Source: an uncultured virus (IMG/VR IMGVR_UViG_3300042898_003763) (taxonomy: Duplodnaviria; Heunggongvirae; Uroviricota; Caudoviricetes). Taken from it: DNA of 20,000 nucleotides. The translations under genes and the position numbers were made by a program. Positions 9,296-16,411 of the stretch are shown piece by piece. The notes below the pieces were generated by a model. That model was given only the letters and a program-made list of their open reading frames with translations, made no database searches and was not told the origin of the DNA. Every line of letters begins with the position of its first letter. Positions within the stretch are counted from its first letter, which is position 1. The stretch lies in IMG/VR virus record IMGVR_UViG_3300042898_003763, one strand, 5' to 3'.

Positions 9296-9303
9296 TATTT
9301 ATA
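9296..9303 (-). promoter_or_regulatory. T4-type late promoter TATAAATA
   Basis: Exact consensus in the intergenic gap 9241-9316, upstream of the membrane and structural genes. Confidence 0.8.
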
Positions 9304-9316
9304 TTCTCAAATACTT

Positions 9317-9796
9317 TTAATTTTTTACGAATTCGTTGGCAGATTCCATGTACCAATATGGTTTCGGGTAATCATCATAGGTTTTTATGGTAAATCTAGT
9401 CGGCATATGGGCGTGCAGACGAAATTTTGAAGATGTTTTGTCTAATTGAATAGATTCGTATTGTGTTTTTGTTAGGTATCCTAACCAACAAATAGATAAT
9501 GTGCTATAAGGACCATATCCAAAAGAATTAGTTTCATATGTATCTTCATAATATCCGATTGGCTTTATCGGAGCAGAAAAATCAATACCAATTTCTTCAA
9601 ATATTTTTCGACGAGCGGCTTGTTCTGCCCCCTCGCCTTTATGTATCCTACCACCAATAGGCCAGTAAATGCCTTTACATGGTTCTTCCTTTCTCTTAAT
9701 AAGCAAGTACTTATGATCGTATCTTAAAAGTACATCTACGCATAGATTTACAGAGTTTTCGAGTATTTGCTTATACAGAGAATCTTCAATATACAT
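9317..9796 (-). CDS. Nudix hydrolase, GDP-mannose mannosyl hydrolase (Gmm/NudD)-like
   Basis: CVDVLL..YLLIKRKEEPCKGIYWPIGGRIHKGE..AARRKIFEEIG is a variant Nudix box; GYYEDTYETNSF parallels Gmm GVWQHFYDDNF. Confidence 0.75.
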   Translation of the reverse strand: MYIEDSLYKQILENSVNLCVDVLLRYDHKYLLIKRKEEPCKGIYWPIGGRIHKGEGAEQAARRKIFEEIGIDFSAPIKPIGYYEDTYETNSFGYGPYSTLSICWLGYLTKTQYESIQLDKTSSKFRLHAHMPTRFTIKTYDDYPKPYWYMESANEFVKN

Positions 9797-9987
9797 TATT
9801 CGCCGCCATAGTATTCAATTAGTTTGGACATATATTTTATTAGCTTTTTGTGCATACGTATATCTTCCTCATGCATCCATAGTCCACCCGCATAGTCTTC
9901 TAATTGCATTCTTAGATTGCTTCTGGCATTAATAAGATTTGCCATTGTAATTTCATCTGCTACTTCATTCGAAATAGTTATTGGCAT
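9796..9987 (-). CDS. Hypothetical protein, 63 aa
   Basis: Coupled by TAATG overlaps at both ends. Confidence 0.75.
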   Translation of the reverse strand: MPITISNEVADEITMANLINARSNLRMQLEDYAGGLWMHEEDIRMHKKLIKYMSKLIEYYGGE

Positions 9988-10238
9988 TAGTCTACTCCAA
10001 AGTGTTTTTTAATTTGCAGCACCAATTGATCTGACGGAAGATTTATTAAAAATCCCGGTGTTATATTTTGCGATTTATATATGGCGGTAATACATTCTTG
10101 TATGATCAACTCGGCGAACTTTGTATCATACGATTCTGAATACACTTTCAATGCTTGTTCTCGGTCTGTGATTTTAATCATAGCATCAAGAGAATGTTGT
10201 TTAGCCTGTTCAGCAAGTTCTCCAATTCGTTCGTTCAT
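9987..10238 (-). CDS. MNERI-family small protein, copy 1
   Basis: MNERIGELA / KFAELIIQEC / IKKHFGVD. Confidence 0.88.
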   Translation of the reverse strand: MNERIGELAEQAKQHSLDAMIKITDREQALKVYSESYDTKFAELIIQECITAIYKSQNITPGFLINLPSDQLVLQIKKHFGVD

Positions 10239-10330
10239 TCACTTCTCCCATACAAGTATCCAAGAAAAAAGCACCAAGCAGCCAATGCTATTACAAATAA
10301 CGTCATTCCTAGATCGTAGTTATTCATCAT
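10235..10330 (-). CDS. Small membrane peptide, 31 aa (MMNNYDLGMTLFVIALAAWCFFLGYLYGRSE)
   Basis: Manual translation; exactly fills the gap with start/stop overlaps; GGAG RBS. Confidence 0.7.
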   Translation of the reverse strand: MMNNYDLGMTLFVIALAAWCFFLGYLYGRSE

Positions 10331-10704
10331 CACTCCGGTTCAAACATAATATGTTCCATCTCATGTAGCAAACGTCCTGCCTCATTGTAATCATGGTCAT
10401 AAATGGCTTTTTCTATACGTCTGAAGTGAGGTCTAAACTCACCAAATACACCTTCAATCACCTGACGCTTGGTTCGCATTATAGCATTCTCAAGCGCATC
10501 CTCATAATCATAATCAGAAACTACTGCCTGCGACCCTATCTTACATCCAATACGATATACCTTACCAATATCTGTAGGAGTTGTAACTTGTTGTATTTCT
10601 TCTTTGGCTGAAAATATATCTTGGAACAGAGGTGATAACTTATGTGGAATATATTTGCGCTCACCTGTGTCTGTGGCTATAATTGCTTTACTTAATTGGC
10701 TCAT
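10330..10704 (-). CDS. Hypothetical protein, 124 aa
   Basis: GGAG RBS within the junction motif GGAGTTGAAGAATG. Confidence 0.8.
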   Translation of the reverse strand: MSQLSKAIIATDTGERKYIPHKLSPLFQDIFSAKEEIQQVTTPTDIGKVYRIGCKIGSQAVVSDYDYEDALENAIMRTKRQVIEGVFGEFRPHFRRIEKAIYDHDYNEAGRLLHEMEHIMFEPE

Positions 10705-10707
10705 TCT

Positions 10708-10818
10708 TCAACTCCACAAGTATTTTATCATTGAGGCTATAGCCAGCAAATAGGTTAGACCTTTGCCAATTGCAAATATACCTACCCACCACATTTCCAT
10801 TTTATATTCTGGCATCAT
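10708..10818 (-). CDS. Small membrane peptide, about 36 aa (MMPEYKMEMWWVGIFAIGKGLTYLLAIASMIKYLWS)
   Basis: Manual translation; ATGA coupling to the upstream gene; hydrophobic. Confidence 0.65.
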   Translation of the reverse strand: MMPEYKMEMWWVGIFAIGKGLTYLLAIASMIKYLWS

Positions 10819-11048
10819 TCAACTCCAAAATGTTCAGCAATAAATTGTTTAACAGTAATTGCACCCGATGCTTCAACATCACAATCATGAGTCACAAAAC
10901 TCATCTCTGTGACTTCACACATACGCATACATTCAGCGACAATCAATTCCGCAAACTTTTTACACTCTGGCATATCCCAATGACCTATACCAAAACTATC
11001 TGGAAGATAACCTGCCTCGAGAGCAAGTTGTTTGAGTCGTTCGTTCAT
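10815..11048 (-). CDS. MNERI-family small protein, copy 2
   Basis: MNERLKQLA / KFAELIVAEC / IAEHFGVE. Confidence 0.88.
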   Translation of the reverse strand: MNERLKQLALEAGYLPDSFGIGHWDMPECKKFAELIVAECMRMCEVTEMSFVTHDCDVEASGAITVKQFIAEHFGVE

Positions 11049-11215
11049 TCTTTTACCTCAATCAAAGTACCTAAAGAAATCAACACATCAGCAAACATTG
11101 ATAATGCCTCTTCAATCTCATCATCTGTTAAAAAGTCTTTCAATGACGATCCTTTCTGCATCTCTAATACCGCATTGACTACCTTCTCTTGCAGATCTAC
11201 ATATTTTTTATTCAC
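11045..11215 (-). CDS. Hypothetical acidic protein, 56 aa, GTG start
   Basis: Manual translation (MNKKYVDLQEKVVNAVLEMQKG...IEVKE); GGAGG RBS; ATGA overlap at the 3' end. Confidence 0.7.
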   Translation of the reverse strand: MNKKYVDLQEKVVNAVLEMQKGSSLKDFLTDDEIEEALSMFADVLISLGTLIEVKE

Positions 11216-11768
11216 TAGTCCCTCCTACCACCTTATCGGGTGGGAGTTCATATAGCCATACTTCTGGCTTAGCCCTGTAATTAGGTTCTCTATCCTCTAA
11301 CATGGCAAGCATGAATTCCATTCCATTATACATCCCATGCATATAAGGATCATAGTTCCAGTTACCATTATTTCCCTGAATCTTTACCAGCTCACGCATA
11401 CGTTCTAATTTGATGTTATAATCAGGTAGTGGGGGAGCGGTGTAAAGCGGAACCTTATCCATCTTGACCACTGTCGGCGTTTCCCATTTAGTAAGTTTTG
11501 CCCATTCAAGTTTGCGATCTTGTACGTTGATGTACGCCACCGGCTCCGGTTCAGGCTGCGCTTCTGCGTCCATGAGACGAATGCCTTGACTGGTTACTAA
11601 TTGAGTTAACTCTTCAATACGTTTTGCCATGCGCTGCTGTTCCTCAACCATTACAGCCATTGCGTCCCAGTCAGGATTGAATTCCAATTCAGACTGCGCC
11701 AATGATTGATTTTTTGATAGCGGCCCCTCATACGCAGGCATACCATTACACGTTTCTTTTTTGTTCAT
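11208..11768 (-). CDS. Mosaic hypothetical protein with an AQPEPEPVA...PLYTAPP module (Eaa/Ea22-like)
   Basis: EPVA...PLYTAP is typical of modular lambdoid Eaa/Ea22-type proteins; AAGGAG RBS. Confidence 0.75.
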   Translation of the reverse strand: MNKKETCNGMPAYEGPLSKNQSLAQSELEFNPDWDAMAVMVEEQQRMAKRIEELTQLVTSQGIRLMDAEAQPEPEPVAYINVQDRKLEWAKLTKWETPTVVKMDKVPLYTAPPLPDYNIKLERMRELVKIQGNNGNWNYDPYMHGMYNGMEFMLAMLEDREPNYRAKPEVWLYELPPDKVVGGTSE

Positions 11769-11908
11769 GCTTTGTATACTCCTTTAGGTAGATCTGGACG
11801 ATATTCCCACATCCAGAAGTCACTCATTGGCATGTACTTGGAAGGAAAGTACCACACCTTCCTGTATCCAATGAACTGCATGCACTTATGCCAATACCAT
11901 GTAATCAT
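11765..11908 (-). CDS. Small aromatic-rich protein, 47 aa (MITWYWHKCMQFIGYRKVWYF...)
   Basis: Manual translation; ATGA overlaps at both ends. Confidence 0.7.
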   Translation of the reverse strand: MITWYWHKCMQFIGYRKVWYFPSKYMPMSDFWMWEYRPDLPKGVYKA

Positions 11909-12117
11909 TCTTTTCCTTTCAACATATATTCGGCATGATCACCATTGATTGGATTACCCTTCAATACTAGATGATCATGCATCGCCATCATTGCATTAGC
12001 GAACCAGCCTAACATAGTTTCATCTGATACATTACAATCAGGATTCAATTCTCTAAAGAACTTGGCCCATGCCATTGCATCAGGATTAGTATGAATACTC
12101 ATATCATAGTCACTCAT
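11905..12117 (-). CDS. Hypothetical protein, 70 aa
   Basis: ATGA-coupled; DAMAWAKFF..TMLGWFANAMM. Confidence 0.8.
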   Translation of the reverse strand: MSDYDMSIHTNPDAMAWAKFFRELNPDCNVSDETMLGWFANAMMAMHDHLVLKGNPINGDHAEYMLKGKE

Positions 12118-12434
12118 TCTTCAACCCCAAAATGTTGTAATAGACCATTAGCACAATCACTGACAGCATCGTTATATGTTAGTTCATTTGTATCAGCAAC
12201 CTCTTTGTCAAGTACTTGTCCTTTACAATGTTCATAACATTCACGCACAATCAACTCGGCGAACTTTTTGCAAAAGTCAGCGTCAATGTGTTTGTCGCCT
12301 GGTATAGTTTTACCGGCTTCTATCATTAGTTCTTGAATTCGTTCGTTCATTCTTTGTCCTTTATGGATGACAGTGGCAGAATCGTGAATAGCATCAATTA
12401 GTATCTTATGTTCGTCTTGTGTAAGTTCATTCAT
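12114..12434 (-). CDS. MNERI-family small protein, copy 3, with a 28-aa in-frame N-terminal extension (internal start 12350)
   Basis: MNERIQEL at 12350 with an AAGGA RBS / KFAELIVREC / LQHFGVEE. Confidence 0.85.
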   Translation of the reverse strand: MNELTQDEHKILIDAIHDSATVIHKGQRMNERIQELMIEAGKTIPGDKHIDADFCKKFAELIVRECYEHCKGQVLDKEVADTNELTYNDAVSDCANGLLQHFGVEE

Positions 12435-12649
12435 TTTTCAACTCCAAAATGGTTTTTAATCTCGTTAATAATATGGTTGACATCATTAGGTGAAGCCCAA
12501 TCAAATGCTGCACGATCCTGAGCAATGCCAATACATTCCTTGACAATCAACCCGGCAAATCGTTCAATAAATTGTTCTTGCGAATCCCACGTTTCACTAG
12601 AATCTTCTCTAGCCGCTTTGATCCAAACTTCTCTAATTCGTTCATTCAT
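12431..12649 (-). CDS. MNERI-family small protein, copy 4
   Basis: MNERIREV / RFAGLIVKEC / IKNHFGVEK. Confidence 0.88.
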   Translation of the reverse strand: MNERIREVWIKAAREDSSETWDSQEQFIERFAGLIVKECIGIAQDRAAFDWASPNDVNHIINEIKNHFGVEK

Positions 12650-12822
12650 TTTCCATCCGCCAAATAAACAGCGATTCGAATACCCGACACGATACCTAAC
12701 ATAGCCACTAGAATAGGAATTACCACATACGGTATGGTCACTACTCCTGCACTGATCAGGAGAGTCAAAAACACACCGGCCATCTTTACAGTAAGAGGCA
12801 AACTTTTAAATTTATTCCACAT
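12646..12822 (-). CDS. Small membrane protein, 58 aa (MWNKFKSLPLTVKMAGVFLTLLISAG...)
   Basis: Manual translation; TAATG and ATGA overlaps; long hydrophobic stretch. Confidence 0.75.
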   Translation of the reverse strand: MWNKFKSLPLTVKMAGVFLTLLISAGVVTIPYVVIPILVAMLGIVSGIRIAVYLADGK

Positions 12823-13028
12823 TATTCTACTCCGAAATGTTCTAAAATATCATCACCAGGCAAATGCGATTCAGCAGGATCAACACCAGCATTGGCGATA
12901 TTGGCACATTCTTTCACAATCAACTCGGCGAACTTTTCTAATTGTTGGCCATAGATACTGTCAAAACCCGGTTTCCAATTACTATCCAATCCGGCACCAT
13001 CACAGCATTTTCTAATTCGTTCGTTCAT
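12822..13028 (-). CDS. MNERI-family small protein, copy 5
   Basis: MNERIRK / KFAELIVKEC / ILEHFGVE. Confidence 0.88.
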   Translation of the reverse strand: MNERIRKCCDGAGLDSNWKPGFDSIYGQQLEKFAELIVKECANIANAGVDPAESHLPGDDILEHFGVE

Positions 13029-13282
13029 TCTTTAACTCCGAAATGTCGTGCTATTGCTATTCCTACCCAAGCAGCACCCAATGCTTGTTGATTCTCACCA
13101 TCTTTATCACACTCATCACGAATACTATCCGCTAGTGCCAAACATTCTTGACCAATCAACTGGGCGAACTTTTGTTCAAACACGGCAGTTGACCATTCTG
13201 TGGGGTCTTGAGAGTTTTTGATTGTTTCAATAGCATACTGTCTAGCCTGTTCAGCAAGTTCTCGAATTCGTTCGTTCATCAT
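13025..13282 (-). CDS. MNERI-family small protein, copy 6
   Basis: MNERIRELA / KFAQLIGQEC / IARHFGVKE. Confidence 0.88.
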   Translation of the reverse strand: MMNERIRELAEQARQYAIETIKNSQDPTEWSTAVFEQKFAQLIGQECLALADSIRDECDKDGENQQALGAAWVGIAIARHFGVKE

Positions 13283-13479
13283 TCAACTCCATATTCCGCA
13301 TAAAGTTTACCCATCTCTGCACGAACTCGTTCTGCCATAGGACGATACTTGACTGGATGGATAGGATGATACTCCCAGGACATGCCAGCCCATATCTTGC
13401 TACTATCCAACAATCGGTCTAAATCAGCCAGTAATTGGAATCTAGGATCCTGCCACATCGCCTCAACTTTTTCGTTCAT
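13279..13479 (-). CDS. Hypothetical protein, 66 aa, sharing only the array's terminal motifs
   Basis: Starts MNEK and ends EYGVE but lacks KFAELI; ATGA-coupled. Confidence 0.8.
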   Translation of the reverse strand: MNEKVEAMWQDPRFQLLADLDRLLDSSKIWAGMSWEYHPIHPVKYRPMAERVRAEMGKLYAEYGVE

Positions 13480-13649
13480 AATGATACCTCACTAATTATT
13501 TCGCCATCAAGTACAAGTTGGATAGTATGATGTTCAGTATAGCATGAACCACTATTCATGCCACCATTGTGTATTGAATCTGTTCTAACGTCAAGAGACA
13601 AGTTATCCTTGATATATTGGCGAATCATCTCTTGCATTTCTTCGTTCAT
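13476..13649 (-). CDS. Hypothetical protein, 57 aa (MNEEMQEMIRQYIKDNLSL...)
   Basis: Start moved to 13649 because of the GGAG RBS and ATGA overlap. Confidence 0.75.
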   Translation of the reverse strand: MNEEMQEMIRQYIKDNLSLDVRTDSIHNGGMNSGSCYTEHHTIQLVLDGEIISEVSL

Positions 13650-13810
13650 GGTCGATACTCCAGTTTTATACACTTCCAGCCGTTACGTTTAGCCCACCAT
13701 ATATTGTAGATTGCTTTGATTATACTTGGTCCAGCATAAATTTGCAACCACTTAAAGTCACCATCTACAGGACCATCCCATACATTTACCTCATATTTCC
13801 ATCCCATCAT
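13646..13810 (-). CDS. Small Trp-rich protein, 54 aa (MMGWKYEVNVWDG...GWKCIKLEYRP)
   Basis: Manual translation; ATGA overlaps at both ends. Confidence 0.72.
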   Translation of the reverse strand: MMGWKYEVNVWDGPVDGDFKWLQIYAGPSIIKAIYNIWWAKRNGWKCIKLEYRP

Positions 13811-14025
13811 TGCACCTTAAATGCTTTCTTGTATATGTTTAATTCTTTAGTTGGTACCCACTCTTCCATTTCAGACTCAGCAGTTTTGGATAATCTCAAA
13901 AATGAATACTTAGTAAAATCGAAGGTATCGGTGTTTCTCACAACACGAATAAGAATATCAATAGGGTCGTTATCTTCATCTGTGCGTGGTCCTCTGACCA
14001 ATACAAAATCAGTAGTGGGTTTCAT
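13807..14025 (-). CDS. Hypothetical protein, 72 aa
   Basis: ATGA-coupled, GGAG RBS from the upstream FGVDE codons. Confidence 0.78.
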   Translation of the reverse strand: MKPTTDFVLVRGPRTDEDNDPIDILIRVVRNTDTFDFTKYSFLRLSKTAESEMEEWVPTKELNIYKKAFKVQ

Positions 14026-14294
14026 TCATCAACTCCGAAATGTTCTTTCAAATCTTCGGCCAAGTCTTGTAGCAACCTAGCGTGAATATCATAGATATCT
14101 TCCCACTTGGCTGAATGCCCAGGAACCAAATCATAGGTTGTAATCTTGTCAATACATTCTTTCACAATCAACTCGGCGAATCGTTCTCTAAGAACTTTCT
14201 GAAAATCAATAGGGGTTTTCGTAACAGCAATTGCTTTTTCGTGAGTTTCACCCCACGCTTGATCGTGTAATTTTTTAATTAGTTCTTCGTTCAT
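14022..14294 (-). CDS. MNERI-family small protein, copy 7
   Basis: MNEELIKKL / RFAELIVKEC / LKEHFGVDE. Confidence 0.88.
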   Translation of the reverse strand: MNEELIKKLHDQAWGETHEKAIAVTKTPIDFQKVLRERFAELIVKECIDKITTYDLVPGHSAKWEDIYDIHARLLQDLAEDLKEHFGVDE

Positions 14295-14389
14295 AGTCCA
14301 AACCTTCCTAAAATATTAGCCAACCACAACAGGCCTAACCCAAGACCGATGGTGCTGACAATTAGTATTGAGATTTCAGTTCGATTCAC
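14291..14389 (-). CDS. Small membrane peptide, 32 aa, GTG start (MNRTEISILIVSTIGLGLGLLWLANILGRFGL)
   Basis: Manual translation; GTGA and ATGA overlaps. Confidence 0.65.
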   Translation of the reverse strand: MNRTEISILIVSTIGLGLGLLWLANILGRFGL

Positions 14390-14595
14390 GATTCGATTCC
14401 AAAATGTTCTTTAATCATATCATATGCCTGTCCACGACTAATCATATCACGGAGCATAGGACTCAATGCTACGCCACATTCCCGCACAATCAACTCGGCG
14501 AACTGCTCAATGGCCGCACGTTGCACAGGACCGGTCTCAAAGAAATTTTGAACACGCTCATTACAACTAGCCAGCTCCCTAATTCTTTCATTCAT
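14386..14595 (-). CDS. MNERI-family small protein, copy 8
   Basis: MNERIRELA / QFAELIVREC / IKEHFGIES. Confidence 0.88.
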   Translation of the reverse strand: MNERIRELASCNERVQNFFETGPVQRAAIEQFAELIVRECGVALSPMLRDMISRGQAYDMIKEHFGIES

Positions 14596-14596
14596 A

Positions 14597-14857
14597 TTAT
14601 CTCTTCCTTGACATTATCATAGCAGTCTGTTCAGCAGTCATCTCTACCATCTCATCTATGAGTACATTCTGATATGTCTGGCCTATTATTCTATCTGATG
14701 CATGTGATGATATAAACTTATACTGAGTATCCCCCAATTCAATAGTCAGCTGAGCATTACATGCCCTGACTAATACACTCTCGTTCTGTTGTATCATATC
14801 ACGAAAACGTCTCTCTGCAGAATCATAGTTATGACATACAATTAGAACACGGTTCAT
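14597..14857 (-). CDS. Hypothetical protein, 86 aa, resembling a P-loop/helicase fragment
   Basis: RVLIVCHN and IIGQTYQNVLIDE (Walker B-like) with no Walker A. Confidence 0.7.
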   Translation of the reverse strand: MNRVLIVCHNYDSAERRFRDMIQQNESVLVRACNAQLTIELGDTQYKFISSHASDRIIGQTYQNVLIDEMVEMTAEQTAMIMSRKR

Positions 14858-15378
14858 TCAATCCTACCCAAGATCGCAATCTGAATCTTATACAGCTGCT
14901 TCAAGTGCTCAGCAGCAGATACCCTCAATACGTCAGGCCGGATCTCACCAAGGTACTTGACTGTCTTATCAATTGCTTCCTGAACATCTCTATGACAGAC
15001 TGTATGCGGCTTCTTTCGTTCTTCAGCAATCTTTTCTGGAGTAGAGTACTCTTGCTTATTAATTAAGTTATTAAGAAAGCTCACTTCCGTCTCCAGATCT
15101 AGCCTCAATGCTAATTCAGAGTTATAGAGAGCTTTATAGTTAATGGTTGGCATGGATTCAACTCCGAAGTGTTCTTTAATCTGAGTTACTACATCTTTAA
15201 GAGTAGCATCCTGAACATCTTTGTAAGGTCCTATTAACGGCAATGATTCGCAGGTTCGAATACACTCTTGAACAATCAGCTCAGCGAACTTGTCAAACTT
15301 CTCCTCAATCCCTAACCGTTCCATTTCAGGCATGTGGAATCCAGCATCATTTAATAGGTGTAGTATTTGTCTGTTCAA
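14854..15378 (-). CDS. MNERI-family module (copy 9) fused in frame to an unrelated 99-aa domain
   Basis: MNRQILHL / KFAELIVQEC / IKEHFGVES followed directly by MPTINY (ATG at 15153 with a GGAG RBS). Confidence 0.82.
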   Translation of the reverse strand: MNRQILHLLNDAGFHMPEMERLGIEEKFDKFAELIVQECIRTCESLPLIGPYKDVQDATLKDVVTQIKEHFGVESMPTINYKALYNSELALRLDLETEVSFLNNLINKQEYSTPEKIAEERKKPHTVCHRDVQEAIDKTVKYLGEIRPDVLRVSAAEHLKQLYKIQIAILGRIE

Positions 15379-15607
15379 TTTTCAAATCCTTATAAATTTC
15401 TTGATACTTTGCTTGCCTTTCGTAGTATTCTACGCGGATATTATACATAGTTTTTAGCGCAAATCCAATACCAATAATACATACACCTATGCCAATATAT
15501 TCCAGCGGAACTAAATTGATCAGAACAGCACCGCCGATACCACCTGCGATTGAGATTCCAATAAATTTAATCACATCAAGTAGTGCTTGTTTCTTCATTG
15601 TATTCAT
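15347..15607 (-). CDS. Membrane protein with two TM helices
   Basis: Two hydrophobic segments; GGAG RBS favours the start at 15607 (MNTMKK). Confidence 0.75.
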   Translation of the reverse strand: MNTMKKQALLDVIKFIGISIAGGIGGAVLINLVPLEYIGIGVCIIGIGFALKTMYNIRVEYYERQAKYQEIYKDLKIEQTNTTPIK

Positions 15608-15618
15608 ATAAACTCCAA

Positions 15619-15795
15619 TCATTTAAATTCTTTAGTATCAACAATAATAACTATTCCAAGCGTAATCAGTAGAGCAGCATATGAGTATTGACCATTGTAC
15701 AGATCCGCCAGACCAATCATTACATCTATAAGACCGATAGTATATCCAATTGCAGTGCGATTACGTTTGAAACGAGTCAACAGTTTGTCCATCAT
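15619..15795 (-). CDS. Small membrane protein, 58 aa (MMDKLLTRFKRNRTAIGYTIGLIDV...)
   Basis: Manual translation; GGAG RBS. Confidence 0.72.
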   Translation of the reverse strand: MMDKLLTRFKRNRTAIGYTIGLIDVMIGLADLYNGQYSYAALLITLGIVIIVDTKEFK

Positions 15796-15858
15796 ATCTC
15801 CATATAAAAATTAAACACGGCACGGCCGATTTCTCTAATCCCTACGCCTACGCCAAGT

Positions 15859-16065
15859 CTACGCCGCGGCGCCCGGCAGCTCAATTTTAACTCCAGTATA
15901 ATTGCGATTCACAGCCCACACTCTGGCCTTATCAATGAGTTTCTGTTCAGTATCCCCATAGAAGGAATAGAGTACTTTATTACGATATAACACGTCAACT
16001 ATACGATTACAACCGGACGTGCCCCAGGGCGTGTATGCTAATAGAGTGGCGGTTTTATTTTTCAT
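15859..16065 (-). CDS. Hypothetical protein, 68 aa
   Basis: First ORF after the promoter at 16099-16127. Confidence 0.72.
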   Translation of the reverse strand: MKNKTATLLAYTPWGTSGCNRIVDVLYRNKVLYSFYGDTEQKLIDKARVWAVNRNYTGVKIELPGAAA

Positions 16066-16098
16066 AGTATTCTCTAAGGCTGTTTATAGTATACGGCT

Positions 16099-16127
16099 AT
16101 TATATTATAACAAGATGACTCTGTCAA
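16099..16127 (-). promoter_or_regulatory. Consensus sigma70 promoter, likely driving the small-gene array
   Basis: TTGACA-N17-TATAAT on the minus strand, 34 nt upstream of the ATG at 16065. Confidence 0.85.
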
Positions 16128-16248
16128 GCACTCATATAACCGATTCGCAAACACCGATCTACTCGATTCGTAAGTGTAGTAGGATTGATACTATCAGGGC
16201 AATTAAACCAATAAGGCTGAGTCGTTGTATTAGTGTCATTTTGGGGGC

Positions 16249-16411
16249 TCGGTTAGAAACGGTGGGTTCGGTTAGAAACGGGGTTTGAGGGCGGTTTTGC
16301 CTGGGAAATTTTTCTGGAGAATTTTCTGACGAGTAGAAGTGGGAGACTCGGTGAGGTTCGGTTGAGGACTCGGAGAGATACGAAGTAGAACGATTGAGAT
16401 ACGAAGTAGAA
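16249..16411. repeat. Cluster of short direct repeats in a G-skewed non-coding tract
   Basis: TCGGTTAGAAACGG at 16249 and 16268; GAGATACGAAGTAGAA at 16375 and 16396; GACTCGG and GGTTCGGTT each occur twice. Confidence 0.85.

Noticed and set aside
9987..15378. CRISPR array or DGR reading of the recurrent ATCAACTCGGCGAA repeat
   Set aside because: Spacing is hundreds of bp and irregular, the repeats lie in frame within genes, and there is no cas gene, reverse transcriptase or adenine-specific TR/VR pair in the window.
15812..15880. GC-rich patch with CTACGCC three times and CACGG twice as a terminator
   Set aside because: No clean stem followed by a U tract on the minus strand, and the repeats are too short to interpret.
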